This document shows positions 39,473 to 53,014 of a DNA stretch of 63,505 nt, in pieces. The DNA is from Atractiella rhizophila. Lineage: Eukaryota. Numbering within the stretch: the first letter of the stretch is position 1; each line of letters begins with the position of its first letter. The stretch spans positions 62,001 to 125,505 of the forward strand of contig MU271246.1 of the NCBI GenBank assembly GCA_021432655.1. Reading direction: 5' to 3'. The position numbers were made by a program, and so were the translations under genes. Under the pieces are notes generated by a model. The model was not told where the DNA came from and did no database searches. It was given only the letters and a program-made list of their open reading frames with translations.

Positions 39473-40678
39473 TTAGAGCCAGCGTATAAGCCATTCGACT
39501 CCCTGCTGAAAGGCATCTTCTTTCGCAAACTTGACAGCTGGGTTGGTGATGTCTCCACGGTTCGAGAAGCCATGAGAGGCTCCTGCGTAATAGTTCCTCT
39601 TGTCTATCCTCGACTTAACTTGCAACAGCGTGAGTAAACGGACGACTCACAGAACTCAGCATCTCCGAAAACCTCGTCTGCGATCTTTTGCTTCTCGGGT
39701 CCCATCATGTCGTCCTTCGATTGGAAGAGGCAGTGTTAGTTGATGTTATCGCTTGAATGGAGAAAATCTTACCGTTTCGCAAGTATTATAAAGAATAGGG
39801 ATCCCAGCGGCCTTAAGCTTCTCCATCTCGGTTGGGAACTCCAGCATCGAAGGATGATTCATCACTCCAGCTTTAATGATTCCGTCCTGAGCGAGGGCAG
39901 AGACAAGCTTTCCGCCGTAGCAGTATCCCTGCGTTTCGCATGAGGCAGAGCTCAGTTTGAGCGGATAACTTACAACTGCACCGTAAATCTCGAACCCTTG
40001 GGCTTTCAAGCCGTCTACAACCTTCAGGACCTTGGCTGTGACAGGGAATGGCTCAAACTCTTCCTTTCTGGCGAAAATAGGTGGTCGAGTACTCACGTTT
40101 GCTGACGTCAAAGCCGTGCCTGCTAAACCAGCCCCAGAGATCAAACTCCTTGTTGTTGAGCGCGTTGGGTGGGCAATATTCCCCATCGAAAAGGTCTGGA
40201 AGTACCGTATAGAACCCATTCTTCGCAAAATCGTCGACCAATAACTAAGGCAAATTCAGTCTGGAGACATGTACATGTGAACATGAGTTCACCTTGTTGT
40301 TCAGAAGTCCAAGACTGGATATCTATTGTTTGGTTTCACTTAGAATCAGTGTCAGAAAATTAGGGATGCACACGTCTGTGAGGAATAGTAAGACTTTATT
40401 CTTCGGATACCTGCAAACAAAATATTGTAAGTAGACGAAGGACGGAGGGTTCGCGTCTCACTCGACAGTCGGCCGGCCCACGTAGCACTCAATACCATTA
40501 ATATTCTCCAACGTACCCGTAGCCTCCCCTGGTCATAAACAATTAAGGATTGTAACAATCACGGCAGTCCAGAAAGGCACCTTCATGGCGAACTCCAGAA
40601 ATGCTGGGTGACAAGATGTGGTGAGAAAATCATCGCGGAGATCTAGCGTAACACTGACCAAGCTTTGCAAAGGGACAT
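39473..40678 (-). CDS. Dienelactone hydrolase family protein
   Basis: MSLCKAC...GVRHEG, DDFAKNGFYTVLPDLFDG, GYCYGG nucleophile elbow, HPS and HGFS motifs. Confidence 0.9.
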
Positions 40679-41700
40679 GTTGCGATTCGTAATGTGAACT
40701 GTTGATGCTGTCTAGATGATTGGATTCACAGTCCGTTATATAGGCTCATCGCCGTCGCCTAAGTCGGAGTCTATCACGGCGGCGAACATTTTGAGTGCGG
40801 CTTTCCTGGCCTGAAGTTCGGAGGTACAGGTCGTGATAGAGGACTGCGAGTGCGCCTACGCAGGTGGAAAGCGCGACTCGGAAAAGGGAAGGAAGACTGT
40901 CATGTGTTGATGCGATTCACAGCGATTCGGACCTACGGCGAAAATAGACCTCCTCGTGGCTCGCCTGGTGCTTTCAAGAGAGAACGGTTCTCTGACGCTG
41001 ACGAAGGCTGCTCGTCGGCCACAGCCGTTGCCTTATTATGAAACTGCCTCAGGCCTCAGGTCGCTACCTTGTGTGAGGTCTTCTGGGGACTTGTCTTTTG
41101 CATTTTCGGACGAAGCTGATTTCAAGCGACCAATTATAAATCCTTGCACAATTCGCTCTATCACAATTCGCTCTATTTACAATACTGCCAGACAGCAAAC
41201 GTTAAAACTTAGCAAATAAAGTGTACACTGTGAAGTGAATTCCATGATCCTGGAAGAGGACAAGGGCTCTTTCAATTCTGCAACAGAGGGTTTGATATTG
41301 CGCCTGAAAAATCCTTCGACTGAATCCGTGGAATCAAGGAGTTCAGTCGTACACACAGCAGCGCTTCAAGCTCACAAGTCCACCACACATCACATTGAAA
41401 GCGAGGTTGGAACACCTACTTTCATGGAAGCCGCTCCGTATCCACCACACCAGATTCAGATTCTTTTCGATTCTATTTCATTTGACTCGAAATTCTTGCG
41501 CGAACGGCGTGTCAAAGAACACAATAAGTGCCGTAGAAAAGAGCAGCCTCTGGGTGATGCAGGTGAAAATTTGAGGGGAGACAACGGAACCGGGAACCTT
41601 GTTAGCGACCCTAAGAAGCATTGACATTGAACTGAAACACTCAAGCAGAGCTAACTGAAGCAAGACGAAACACGAAACACCCAAACAATACAGAAACAGC

Positions 41701-44700
41701 TCAGTACGACTGGGCCAGAACTTGCATGACCCAAGGGCTCTTTTCCAACCTAGAAGTATATCAGAAAGAGAAAGGTAACTGGTATAACGCAAAAAGACGT
41801 ACTCGCTGCTGTGTTCGACCCAGCATTGCTTTAGTGCATGCTGCTCTTGGTTTTCCTTCGATTCCCCGTCCACATCCATACCTTCGTCGATTGCCGCTCG
41901 CTTCGTAATCCAACTCTGGACAAATCGCTGGACTACAGCTATCCCGTCTGATATTTCGGCAGCTGTATAATCTGGAGCTTCTGATGGCCCTATGTTGAGA
42001 GTTAGCATAAGCAGTTAACCGACTAAATTAAGGATGAACTTACGGCCAAAATCCTCCAAGTTATCTGCTTTGCGTTTTGCTAGCTTTAGCACATCTTCTG
42101 GGAAGTTCGACAGCTGTGCTACATGAATACCGAAGCTTTGATCACTAAAGCCTATGCCCAGCTTGAGCGAGACCGCATGAAGTAAAGAGATGGACAAACC
42201 AGGCTCGACACGATACAGAAGCGTTATATCTTTGCCAGTCAGGGTGTCTTCCTTCTCTTCGACGTGGCACACAACGTGAATGTTGTCGACGTGAGAAACT
42301 TGTTCTGAGAGTTTCGTTAATTCGTGATAATGCGAGGCGAAGAGGCAGAATGCTCTGATATTTGTAGCAATGTGCCTGCACACGCAGTTGATTCCAAAGA
42401 AGCGCTGATTAGGAAGGACCACGTACTCTGAGATAGCCCAGGCTAGCCCAAATCCGTCACTTGTTGAAGTCCCCCTCCCAAGCTCATCGATGATGATGAG
42501 GGAGTTTCGTGTTGCAGACTGCAGTAATGTGAGCACGGTCAGATGGACAAGAAAAATGATGTGCCTTCAGAATTGTAGCTGTCTCTAGCATCTCGGCCAT
42601 AAAGGTCGACACACCTTTGATCTGACTGTCTCCGGCACCAACTCTCGCGAGGATGGAATCAAAGATGGGAAGTTGGGCTTCCGAACATGGGACGAAACAG
42701 CCGATTTGTGCCATGAGTACAATGACGCCAATCTATCCTCTGTTTAGCCCTGCACTTTGACTGGATGGTATACCCACCTGGCGAATATATGTGCTTTTAC
42801 CTCCCATATTTGGGCCTGTGATTATCTGAAACTCACTTTTGCCTGTCCAAACGCTGGTCAGAAAAGAAAGAAAAGGTCAACAAACATGTTTACCTCGTGT
42901 GAGCTGAACATCGTTGGGGATGAAGTCAATTCCATCCTGTACCTCCAGACAAGGATGTCGGGATTCTCTCAATATCAAATCTCCCTGTCCCATATCACAG
43001 AGAGTAGGTTTGATATAGGCAATAGGCGCAACGGCGGACCCTTCCGCAAAGCTGCGAACATACATGAGGTCATTCAGAGAAAAGGAGAAGACACACCTTG
43101 CAATGACGTCCAGATGGGCAATGACTTTGTTGAGTGCTTCCAGAGAAGGGGCGTAGGATGCTGTCAGAAAATTTCAACTCACAGTCACACAGAGGGAAGG
43201 ATATTAGACTGTACCGGCGATGGAGATGACCTGTTTAACCAGACCACTCTGAGCGCGCTGGAACTGTTTTTGATAGTCTTTGAGGTTCTCGTTATACTGC
43301 TTCATTTTCTTCGTGGTAAAGTAGACACCAGCTTTTTGTGTGGATAGTTCAATGTAGCCGCTCTTTCGCTGCATTCTTGGTGCTTCCTGCAATTTCAGCC
43401 TATTAACAATGATCCGAAGCCGTGTCAACAAAAGCAAACCTTGCGAGTAAGTCGACAACATCTACCGTACAGCGAATGCTCTTCGAAATGAAGAGTCTTG
43501 CCGTCCATATCCAATCCGAGGTCGTCTGCAATACTGTTCTGTTCCTCTTTGATACCCCGAGTGACTTTATCAAGTTTCCTTTTGATTTCAGTAAGGGAAG
43601 TATCGAAGTCGGCGCGCAATATGAACTGGTGGTTAGACTGACGAACCCTATCTTCAAAACATGATAAAACAATGAGTAAACACTTACAAGTTGGTCCAGG
43701 TCAACCGTGGTTTCTACCATCTCCACCAACTTTGCACACTGTCGATCCCCCTTCTTCAGGCCATCTAACCACCATTTACTGACTAGCGACCCGAGATTCT
43801 CAGCATCCTCCTCTTCCTCCAACCTCTTCAGCCCATTTTCAAGAAGTTCAATAGTCTCAGGTATTCGTAGAACAGCTTGATAGACGCGAACAACATCTTC
43901 AAGACTCGCCTGGCCTTTTTGAAACTTTTTTGCAAGTCGATGTAGGTCAGGGAGACGAGAAAGGTTGTCTTCGCGAATGGCAGTACGGAGTTCTCGGTCG
44001 TTGAAGAAAAGCTCTACAAGCTGTTGGCGTTCGACTGTACGGTGTTATTTCACAAAACTGAGAAGGGGAGGCACCCACGGATGGCTCCTTTGTCCACGAG
44101 AGGCTGTTTGAGCCATCGATTTAGCTCGCGGACACCTTGGGATGTTTTGCAATGATTCAGGAGACCAAAAAGGCTCTGATTCTTGGATTTCCCCCTTCCG
44201 GTTCCGAGGATTCCAGGCCCTTCTGGAAGGAGATTCAACGCTTTGAGCGCGGAACCATCGAGGCGCATATACTTGGAAATGTCATGGGTGATCAGAGTGT
44301 AAGTGTTGAAATTTGACTCGTCGGCCGTTAGAGAGAGGTACGAAAAGACAGCTGCAAGAGAAGGAAGGGCAACTCGCATGTCAAATTCCGCTAATTCATC
44401 AAATCAGAACAATCTGTCTCTCGGCAGAAAGATAGACATACGACGACTTGAAAGCCCCAATCGCCCTTTCAGCAAACGATTAACGTCTTTTTCCACATCC
44501 TTCTCGTTCCACTTCTTTTTGTCAAACTCGACAACAGCAATTCCACACCGTTCCAACACTCCTCGAATCTTGACCCCTTCCCAATCTCTCCGCATCAAGT
44601 CTTCTCGTTCTTCTTCTGCCTCCCGCCGGGCTCGTACTGCTTCATCTTCTTCTGCATCTATAGCGTCGTCCTCATCCTCGCCGGCTGATGACTCTCGGGC

Positions 44701-45600
44701 GGATATCTTTGGCACTCGTGCTCGCTTCGGTGTCACTAATGAAGGGAGGAGGACTTCCTTGACCCCGAGTTGGATGACGATGCTCTGACCAATCACCGAC
44801 GCTCAGGACAGACTTAAAAGGTGAGGAGAGGCAAACTTCAGTATTAGAGAAGCTTTCGTCATCTTCAAACTCGCTGACTCCCATCCACCTCTCTTGTGTG
44901 TCTAGGAACGCAGCTCCCACCTTCCCATTTTTTGAACGCAAAGCCATGAGAACTGGGTTTGAAAGCAGGGATGAAGAAGAGAAGTCAAAGAGGTCCTCGA
45001 GTGGTTGAGTGTTTCCAGGGGACGCGGAAAGAAGGAATGACCACGACTCCCTCTTCTCAGCCGCATATATCTCAATGCGGAGGGAGCCGTTGAGGACAAA
45101 ATCTCTCAAGAATTGTCTCGCCTTGACCCCCTTAGTTCACTTCCCGTTCAATAGCAGCCAGACGGCGAACCTGATCATTCTTCAAACTCAAACTGGCCAC
45201 TCTCCCCTCTTTGTCATATCGATCGTCCCACTTTTTCTTCCCATCCTTCTCTTTCCCACCACTCTTCACGTATTTCAACACGCTCAACGTCCTGTAGAAG
45301 CTGAGTGCGACAGCGTGTGCACAAGCTCCGTAACATGTGTAAAACTCGCCTTTATCGCGTTGAAAGAGGCGAACCGTCCCTTCTGGTGGCTAACGCGTAC
45401 ATTTAAGTGAGATAATCATCCATAATAGGCGAAATACGAACGGTTCCGAGTGATTTAACGTAGCCAATGAAAGAAGAGTCTGCCGCGCTTGCTTCTGGAG
45501 GCATTACATGAATAGCTTTTCAACAAGAAAAAATCAACACACCATGCTCAGCAGCTTCCTCCTTTGCCTGTTGGTTCTTAGAAGACTGGTACATAACCAT
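41701..45600 (-). CDS. MSH2: DNA mismatch repair protein MutS homolog 2
   Basis: [82 protein letters not shown] and DQSFGIHVA. Confidence 0.97.
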
Positions 45601-45985
45601 GTTGGTCGCGCTTGCTCTTGACTAGCTCAAACGTGCAGTAGGGTTAGGTCCATCACACGGAGTTGGCCTGAACGACGAAGCCCGCTCAACTAGAGGCACT
45701 ACTGATGTTGGAGCTGATGGGGCGTGGGTGACGCTGGGAACGGTTGGAATGGTGAGGAGAACAGGACTGGGTAGGTCATTCTCTGTTTCAGCGCTATTGC
45801 GTTGGTATGCGAATTTCGTCATGTCTGCTAGTATGAGCGATCCTACTCTTCATACTCATGGCTCCAAAGGATGTACGTGTGTACTGGGTGCATATTATTG
45901 GGTGCTACAATAAGCTATTCTTAAGGCGGAGGAAGCATTTCAACACCCAGAAAGGTTATGAAGGCTAAAATGTAAACCTGGGTTA

Positions 45986-47764
45986 ATGACGAAACGTTTA
46001 TACAAAGCTGCAATCATAGGAGTTGCTGAGAGTACTACATTTTCTGAAAACCCACCCTCTGCCCATGCGGTCCAAACTTGCGCTTACGCTGCTGGTGCAG
46101 TTGTCATGATGGTGAACACGAACCTTTCGAGCCTTATTTTGGATGGAGCCGAGAAGACTAATCCCCCAGCGCTACCGCTGAGTGAAAGACGGCCAAAAGA
46201 CCGGCGTACCTATCATGCCTTACCACCGGCGTCCGGAGAACCTCTGATCGAATGGCTGCCGCAGGAGCTATTAACCATCATCCTCAACCTTGCCTGCTGC
46301 AAATCTCAAGAAGTCGATACCTTCTCCTTCGTTCGGTCGATATCTCCGTTTTCCCTCGTTAACAAGCGGTGGCACGCGACAATGATCGATCCTTTACTTT
46401 CTCAGCCTATTCTACTTCGAAAGTCCCATATCTCCGTGTTCTACAACGCCATCATACCTTTTGAACGTCACTGCCTTGCTGTGAAGGATCTCAGGCTTGA
46501 CCTCCGGCCTCAGGAGCAATCTGTTGCAGCTCGAGCTTTACTAACGCATTTGTGCAATTTACGAGAGTTGGAGATTACATATTGGCACGTTCCCACGATC
46601 AAGATTCCTCCCTTGCGTCGCTTGGTTCGTCTCAAGCTCTTCTGCATACTCGATGACTACGAAATCCCATGTCTTCACGATCTGGTCGAATGTTTGCCCT
46701 CCTTGCAATGTTTGAAATTTCTTCAAACGTCCGGCATCTCTTTCCCCACCGCGGAGGCTGATCGTCCTTTAAAGAATCTCCGAAAATTACACTTGTCCTT
46801 GATCCCCATGCACATTTCGCATGAGGGTGATCTCCAATGGAGAACTGCTCGCGCTTCTGATGCAATCCTTCCCGAAAGACATCAAGGATATCACCATTTT
46901 TTCATACCACCACCAATGATGGATTCCTCTCCAAGCATTCGAAGCTTAACGCTCTCCGATGCTGTTTTTGCAAGTCCTGTCAATTTTTTAGATTTCATTT
47001 TTGCTTTCAAGGATACCTTAGCCCATCTCTCGTTAATGGCTGGTCATGTCGCCACTTTTCCTAAAATGCCTCGGCTCGAATATCTGGAGTATAACAATAT
47101 TTGGGGCTTTCGCGGTCGTGCGACAAGAGATCTCTACGAAGCCTTTCCTCACATCGGAAGCTGTGCGACTTTGAAAGGGCTCAAGCTGTTTGGCAGCGTC
47201 ATCTCCCCGTCTGCCCCCACTCCTACCTTCTCCCTCCAATACCTTGCCTTCCAGGACGAAGTGATAGATGCGCACAGCGTCTTCCACACCCTTTCATCCT
47301 CCCATCGGTCCCTGGAAATCCTCGAAGTCGGAAATTGGCGGGCGTACCTCGATCCTCTCCTGCCTCTCCTCCCTGCCCTCCGCATCCTCAATCTCACACT
47401 CAGAGTCCCTGAGGATCGACCGGATCCTACCTTCTTGTCCAATCTACCAAGCCTAATCTGTCTCGCATTGTCGCAATCACAAGGAACAAGCGTTGAATGG
47501 AATTCTGCCATTCCTCCTCTCCCGCATTTAGAGTATCTCTGGGTTATGGGGCAGACATACTTCGACGCAACAGCTCAACTTGTTACCTTAGATGTAAATA
47601 CCCTTCCGAAACTAAAGGGAGTGGTATTCGATGGAGTTGGAGACCACAAGTGCCTTCAATGGGGAGATCGCGAGATCTTGGTCATTGATCGGAAGTCAAA
47701 GTTGGCAGAGGAGTGGGATCTCATTACGGATTATTTTCCTTCCAGTTGGGATGCCAGTGACTGA
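45986..47764 (+). CDS. Intronless F-box/leucine-rich (RNI-like) protein
   Basis: 592-aa ORF with IEWLPQELLTIILNL...LVNKRWH F-box-like motif and many LxxLxL repeats. Confidence 0.75.
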   Translation: MTKRLYKAAIIGVAESTTFSENPPSAHAVQTCAYAAGAVVMMVNTNLSSLILDGAEKTNPPALPLSERRPKDRRTYHALPPASGEPLIEWLPQELLTIILNLACCKSQEVDTFSFVRSISPFSLVNKRWHATMIDPLLSQPILLRKSHISVFYNAIIPFERHCLAVKDLRLDLRPQEQSVAARALLTHLCNLRELEITYWHVPTIKIPPLRRLVRLKLFCILDDYEIPCLHDLVECLPSLQCLKFLQTSGISFPTAEADRPLKNLRKLHLSLIPMHISHEGDLQWRTARASDAILPERHQGYHHFFIPPPMMDSSPSIRSLTLSDAVFASPVNFLDFIFAFKDTLAHLSLMAGHVATFPKMPRLEYLEYNNIWGFRGRATRDLYEAFPHIGSCATLKGLKLFGSVISPSAPTPTFSLQYLAFQDEVIDAHSVFHTLSSSHRSLEILEVGNWRAYLDPLLPLLPALRILNLTLRVPEDRPDPTFLSNLPSLICLALSQSQGTSVEWNSAIPPLPHLEYLWVMGQTYFDATAQLVTLDVNTLPKLKGVVFDGVGDHKCLQWGDREILVIDRKSKLAEEWDLITDYFPSSWDASD

Positions 47765-48083
47765 TTGTTTGCCTCGTTTCATCATTCCTTTTGGAATCCA
47801 GTTTGATGTGTTCCTTGGATATACCTGTTGTATAGTACATTTTCGTGAGGATTCAAGGTTATCAATATGACCTCCAAACTTAAAAACTTATGAGACACGT
47901 TTGCAGCAGCAACGTTGGGTAGAATCACGTGACATATCGGAATCAAATTGCGGACATGGCATATTACGCAGTTACGCAGCATATACTACCACCACCAACA
48001 AAGCAGGTCGACCGTAGCATTCTCAACCCACTTCAACCAGGCCTCAGGAAATTACCTTAGATCTAGCTTCTTACCTCTCGCTT

Positions 48084-50438
48084 ATGGCTTCAGTTTCTCC
48101 TCCTCAATCTACGAGTCCCTCAATGGCTTCGAAGATCGCTCCCAGCAGCATCGGAGGATTGCCCGCTAGGAGGATCAGTTTGGTCGAGGATCCATTGAAG
48201 GGTTGGCAGGCAGATGAGCAGAAGGTACGTTTTGCGACTGAGTATCCTCTCCCACTCCAGTTGCTGTGCTCCCCGCAAATGCATGTTGCAGAACGAGATG
48301 TGCATACGTGATTCTCAAAATCGACCAAAGGCTGAAAGACTGCCGATCCGCTAGGGTCTTGGATTGAATTTTGTGATATAATTTGAGAGCACTTACATCG
48401 TCCATTCAAACGTCTTTGCGTCCACATGTTTGTCTCGCTCTGGCCCTTGATACCTTCTACGGATGAAGCCATGGCTAGCATGTAACACAAGCTCTGGCTG
48501 CGAGACTCGTGCTTTCACCCATTATTTCAGCTTGTTTCATTGCAAAGAAGAATTTACGTGGATGTACGCATTGGGAGGTTGGCGCAGCCAGTGTTTGGGT
48601 ACCACTTGGGTTAAACACCATGAGAAGATGTACTAACGACAGCTTGACGTATAGACGGCAACAACACAGATCAAGCTCTTTCGCTCCTTCGCGCCATCCA
48701 CACCTTCGAGCACTCACAGTTCTTCCCTCAGTGACTTCCGCTCCCCCGTCCTCTCTCCGCGTTCCCCCGCTTCATCTTCTCCCCCTATCCGGCGTGATTC
48801 ACAACTAGCAACATCTTCAGGTAGAAAGACCTCCTTCGCCTTCCCGTTTGGTCCCCCATCTCCTGGTCCGTCAACAAGCACTGGACTCCTCTGGGGGACC
48901 AGCGATGAAGGCGGGAAGGACACGCAACCGAAGCCATCAAGCGGGTTTGGAGCAAACAGCCTTTTTGCAAGCCCTGTGATGGCCTCCCCCGTGTCGCACT
49001 CCATGCTCTCCCCTCTCTCTTACTCTTCCCACGATGACACGCACCGCGCTCGCAGCCCTCTTGTCCCTGCTAGTCCAAATTTCAGCCTTGGAAGGCGCTC
49101 ATCCCAGGGAAACGAGGTAGCAGGATATGAAGAAGTAGCGTTTCAAGTTTTGGGGGATGATGAATTATTGCCCTTCAAGGATCGTGCGGGAGAAGTTTGG
49201 GATCTCCTCGTTGTCGATCCTGTGAACTACGATCTTTGGGAAAGCCTGATGAACGTGGTGGCCGAGAACGATGGGGAGGAAGCGTATCGTGGAGGCAGAC
49301 TTCCAGATGCGAGGGATTCAACTCAGGTTCCACCTGCCGACTGGGGACTCAGGGAACTTATGTATCATTTGAAGATGTCCAGAGAAGAGTGTAAAGACCT
49401 AGAGTGGATTCGAGCTCTTAAGGATTGCGTCACTGAAGGAGGGACTACGGGAGAGAGTCTTTGGGAGAATTTGAAAGGATGCTTAGGCGTCGATTTGGAA
49501 TGGGACGAGGATGAGGATCCCGAAGAGGCTGTCCAGAGTGTGACCTCACCCGATGGGACTGGTGCGCCGTCTCATAAACCTTCCTGTTGCGACTAAAGAT
49601 GAGTGGACGCTAGAACCTCCTGCGAGTGCAGTCGAAGTAGTCACCAATCAAGGTGATCTGCCTTTCTCCATCCAAGTCGAGGAGGTCCACGAAGGAGACT
49701 CTCCCGCTCGATATTCCTTCTCCTCCAATCCTGGAGACAGCGACTTTCGACTGCCTCCCCCAACCACTGAGGTATCACCTCGCACGCTGATAAAAGAAAT
49801 CAACTCTTCACTTCCTACCTTCTCGCCGGATGAGGACAGCAGGAGTATGAAGGATTTAGACCCAATCCTAGAAGAGGGAGCAGACCCGACTTCGCTCACC
49901 GCCCACGCTGGAAGGGGAAGGAGGAGACATCATGAGCGACATATCAGCGGCGGCTCGAAGCACATGGTTTGTCTCCTCAGTTCTCCTTCCCATCTCGCCG
50001 GTTGTTGGTCCTGTTCTGATTAGAAAACAGGAGTCAATTGGGGAGGATACTGTTCTGTCCGAATATGGATCGGACTACGAACCGATCTCCGCCTCCATCT
50101 CGTCACTTCGAGACCGTCCCTTCGAAGCGGACGACAAATATCATCCCGTCTACCCAATTGGTGCTCCACGCTCCAAATCTCGTTCCTCATCAGTAGCGAG
50201 CGGGAGAAGCACGGACGAAAGTAGGGTCATGGCGCTTAGGGTGACAACTCTCCTCAATGCCGATGAGAAGAAAGGAGAGCAGGAGAAACATGCAATGCAC
50301 CAGAAGGAGGAAGAAGTGGCGGAGGAGGATCGGCAAGGTCCCAAAAGTGGGCTAGCCTATTCATTCAGTGGCGTACCTTTCTCCCCAAGCCTTCAGCCTA
50401 CTCTAAAGGAAGAGGAAGAGGGAGATGGACATCAGTAA
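48084..50438 (+). CDS. Hypothetical protein (Ser/Pro-rich and acidic, small helical central domain)
   Basis: Successive plus-strand ORFs 48084-48311, 48976-49596, 49553-50023 and 49932-50438 linked by GT-AG introns. Confidence 0.6.
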
Positions 50439-50605
50439 ACGCATTATCGGCTTCATCGTACTGCGATTGGCGATAGAAAACTGTTGCTAGGGTTGAAGAG
50501 CCAATACAAGATATGTGCTCCAGAGTACAATACATGAAATTGAACAATCAAATATATGTATCAACAATTCAGAGGGAAGGATTTCTTGCTAAACCCTGTC
50601 GGTCT

Positions 50606-50740
50606 CATCCATTGAAAGCCTCATCATAGCCAGCTTCTCCATTCCAGTTTTGCGCCATTTCTGCTTCAAATCCTTCACGCCGCCTCATCCATGAAAGCCT
50701 TGTGATAGTCGACTTCTCGATTCCAGTTTTCTGCCATTTC
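50606..50740. repeat. Diverged direct duplication of about 55 bp, 80 bp apart
   Basis: catccat(t)gaaagcct...atag.c..cttctc.attccagtttt...gccatttc occurs twice. Confidence 0.7.
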
Positions 50741-51107
50741 CATTAGCTGTCTTATTTTTACAGTACTATTCAAGCTTGCACAAATGCTGCGGATCTGTGA
50801 TCGAGTCAAGTCTCGACCGTCACTGCTACTTCTTTAGCATAACCCCTCCCTGTTTGTTCGTCACCCTGCTTCAAGTGTCACTCTCCCTGGACAAGCTCTG
50901 CCGTGACACCACGTACAGTAACTATAGGACATCTGAAAGGACATAACCAGCCGTGTAGTAGTTATTGTAGCGGTCACAGTGGCGATAATCGTGCAACCAT
51001 CTTGACTGCTAGTGCCTGCTCCCAACTCAACAGTCTTTCTCCGTTGCGTTTGGAGGTTGACGAGAACTCCAAGTCCTTTCCTTCGAACTCTTCCCTGCTT
51101 CACCGTC

Positions 51108-52414
51108 ATGGTTAGCACACCCTCAATTCCCGACTTTGCGTAGAGCCAAAATGATTTTCGGGTCCTAGTCTCCCAAACGGCGTAATAATGTGACCACGGG
51201 GTCCGAATCGGGGGATAACTATCTTGATTCTCTTTCTCGCTCCCAAATCCAAGACATAACGCGTGCATTTGAAATCGCGGCATCGAAATCCCACTCCAGA
51301 ACAGAGCCTGATTCTGACCCCGGACGCGTTCTCAACGCGCATGCCCCTGCGGAAGACATAGCTGCAGAAGCAGGAACAGAGAGAGGCTTCTTCAACGACG
51401 ACATAGAGGATGGAGTGGGAGGAGGATTTGTGACTGATGACGTATCCGCTAGAGGGTTCTTGCTGCCTCAGGCTGACGATGAGGAAATGGACGGGGCAGG
51501 GGGATTCTTACCCACGCAGGGCGGAGGGATAGCTTACGAAAGCGAAACAGAAGGAGGTTTTCATCCAAAATCTGGGGATGCGCGCGACAATACCGATGTT
51601 TCAAGACTACCCCTTTCCTTTCTCTCCTATGCCCTCTCCCTCCTACCACCTTCGATCCGTCTCCCGTATCCCGCAAACGATCCTCATCTTCTGCAAGTAT
51701 TCAAGGATGTATCTGAAACGTCGGGAGGCGAAGAGTGGATTGGGAAGGAGGCTTTTCTCAAGTTTTGTGCAGCTTTTGTTGAAAGTGGCGTTTCTTCATC
51801 AGGGGAAGAGCAAAATGAGGAGACAATGGATCCAGAGCGCAGCGATGTGATGGAGGAAGGAAGGGGAGGGAGGAAGAGGAAACCAGTTTCTTACCGCGAA
51901 GTCGACAGTTCAGACGACGGCGACGCCTACCAAGAGGAGGAGGAGGTAGACTCGGATTCTGGAGAGGCGGAGGATGGTGGAGGAGGTTTCGTCCCAGAAA
52001 AACGAAAAACGCGCTCATCTGGCCCAATCGAGCTAGAAAACCTTTCGTATTTCTCAGTGGACGAGGATCAAGACGAGGACGAGTTCACAGCTAGTATGTC
52101 TGCAAAGAAGGGTAAGAAAGGACGGGGAAAATATCGAACGGAAGAGGAGTTGAGATCCGCGAGCGATAAGGTATTCGATATGTTCTTTCTTGATGGACCA
52201 AAGGGAGAGAGGCTGGGATTTGCTGATCTGAAGAGGGTAGCGGATGCGCTAGGAGAAAAGTTAAGCGATCAAGATGTCTGTCATCTATCCCTATTCTATT
52301 TTAACTGTGGTGCTGACAAATTTACAGATAAATGAAATGCTTGAACTCGCGGGAAAGGATTATCACGGGAGAGTGGGAAGGAAGGAGTTTGTAGATGTTT
52401 TTAGGAAGATTTAG
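51108..52414 (+). CDS. Acidic protein with repeated GGF motifs and C-terminal EF-hand-like (centrin-like) pair
   Basis: ATG, then intron, then SPKRR. C-terminal VFDMF..LGFADLKRVADALGEKLSDQDINEMLELA...GRVGRKEFVDV. Confidence 0.7.
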
Positions 52415-53014
52415 AGGTCAAATTGTGAGTTCGGCGCTGTGAGTCCCTGCCTTCACAAATGAACTCTAGGTGGATCATCAGACCCTTGCTTTCAGCCACC
52501 CTCCTCTGCTGCTCGACTCTGCGAATGGACGTGCACGATACATGTAAACTCAGTTTCTACCTCTAACACCGTAACCCTTGTGCGGACGGGTCCATTTCTC
52601 TTTCTGCCTCCCACTGTTGAGTTAGGATTTGATGAAGGTTAACCGTTAAAATGGCTGTAGATGGGGATGGGACAGTGTAGAGAAATGGCACAAGGTGGGT
52701 CGGTTCTAGCTCAAAGATTAAGACCTGCTGCTTTCCAATCCCATCGTGTTCAATCTGTTTGAGGGATATCGATGTCATGATCCACGTCATTCATTTCATT
52801 CATTTATTCACCGTTAGAAGAGGGAGAAAGGGATAGCTTGAAAAGTATAAAGGGACAGCAACAGAATGTTTCACACTTTGCAACTGCCAACCAAGTTGAG
52901 ACAAATACACAATGCTGCAACTGATGGATGATGAAAGAGAAGAAGTACATACTGCAACTAGATCAGGTGCTCGATGAAATAAAAACACAATGGGTACTTC
53001 AAACTTGAAAGAAT

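Noticed and set aside
41701..45600. Functional link between MSH2 and instability of the TPR array
   Set aside because: About 12 kb from the NLR gene with unrelated genes between; proximity alone is not evidence.
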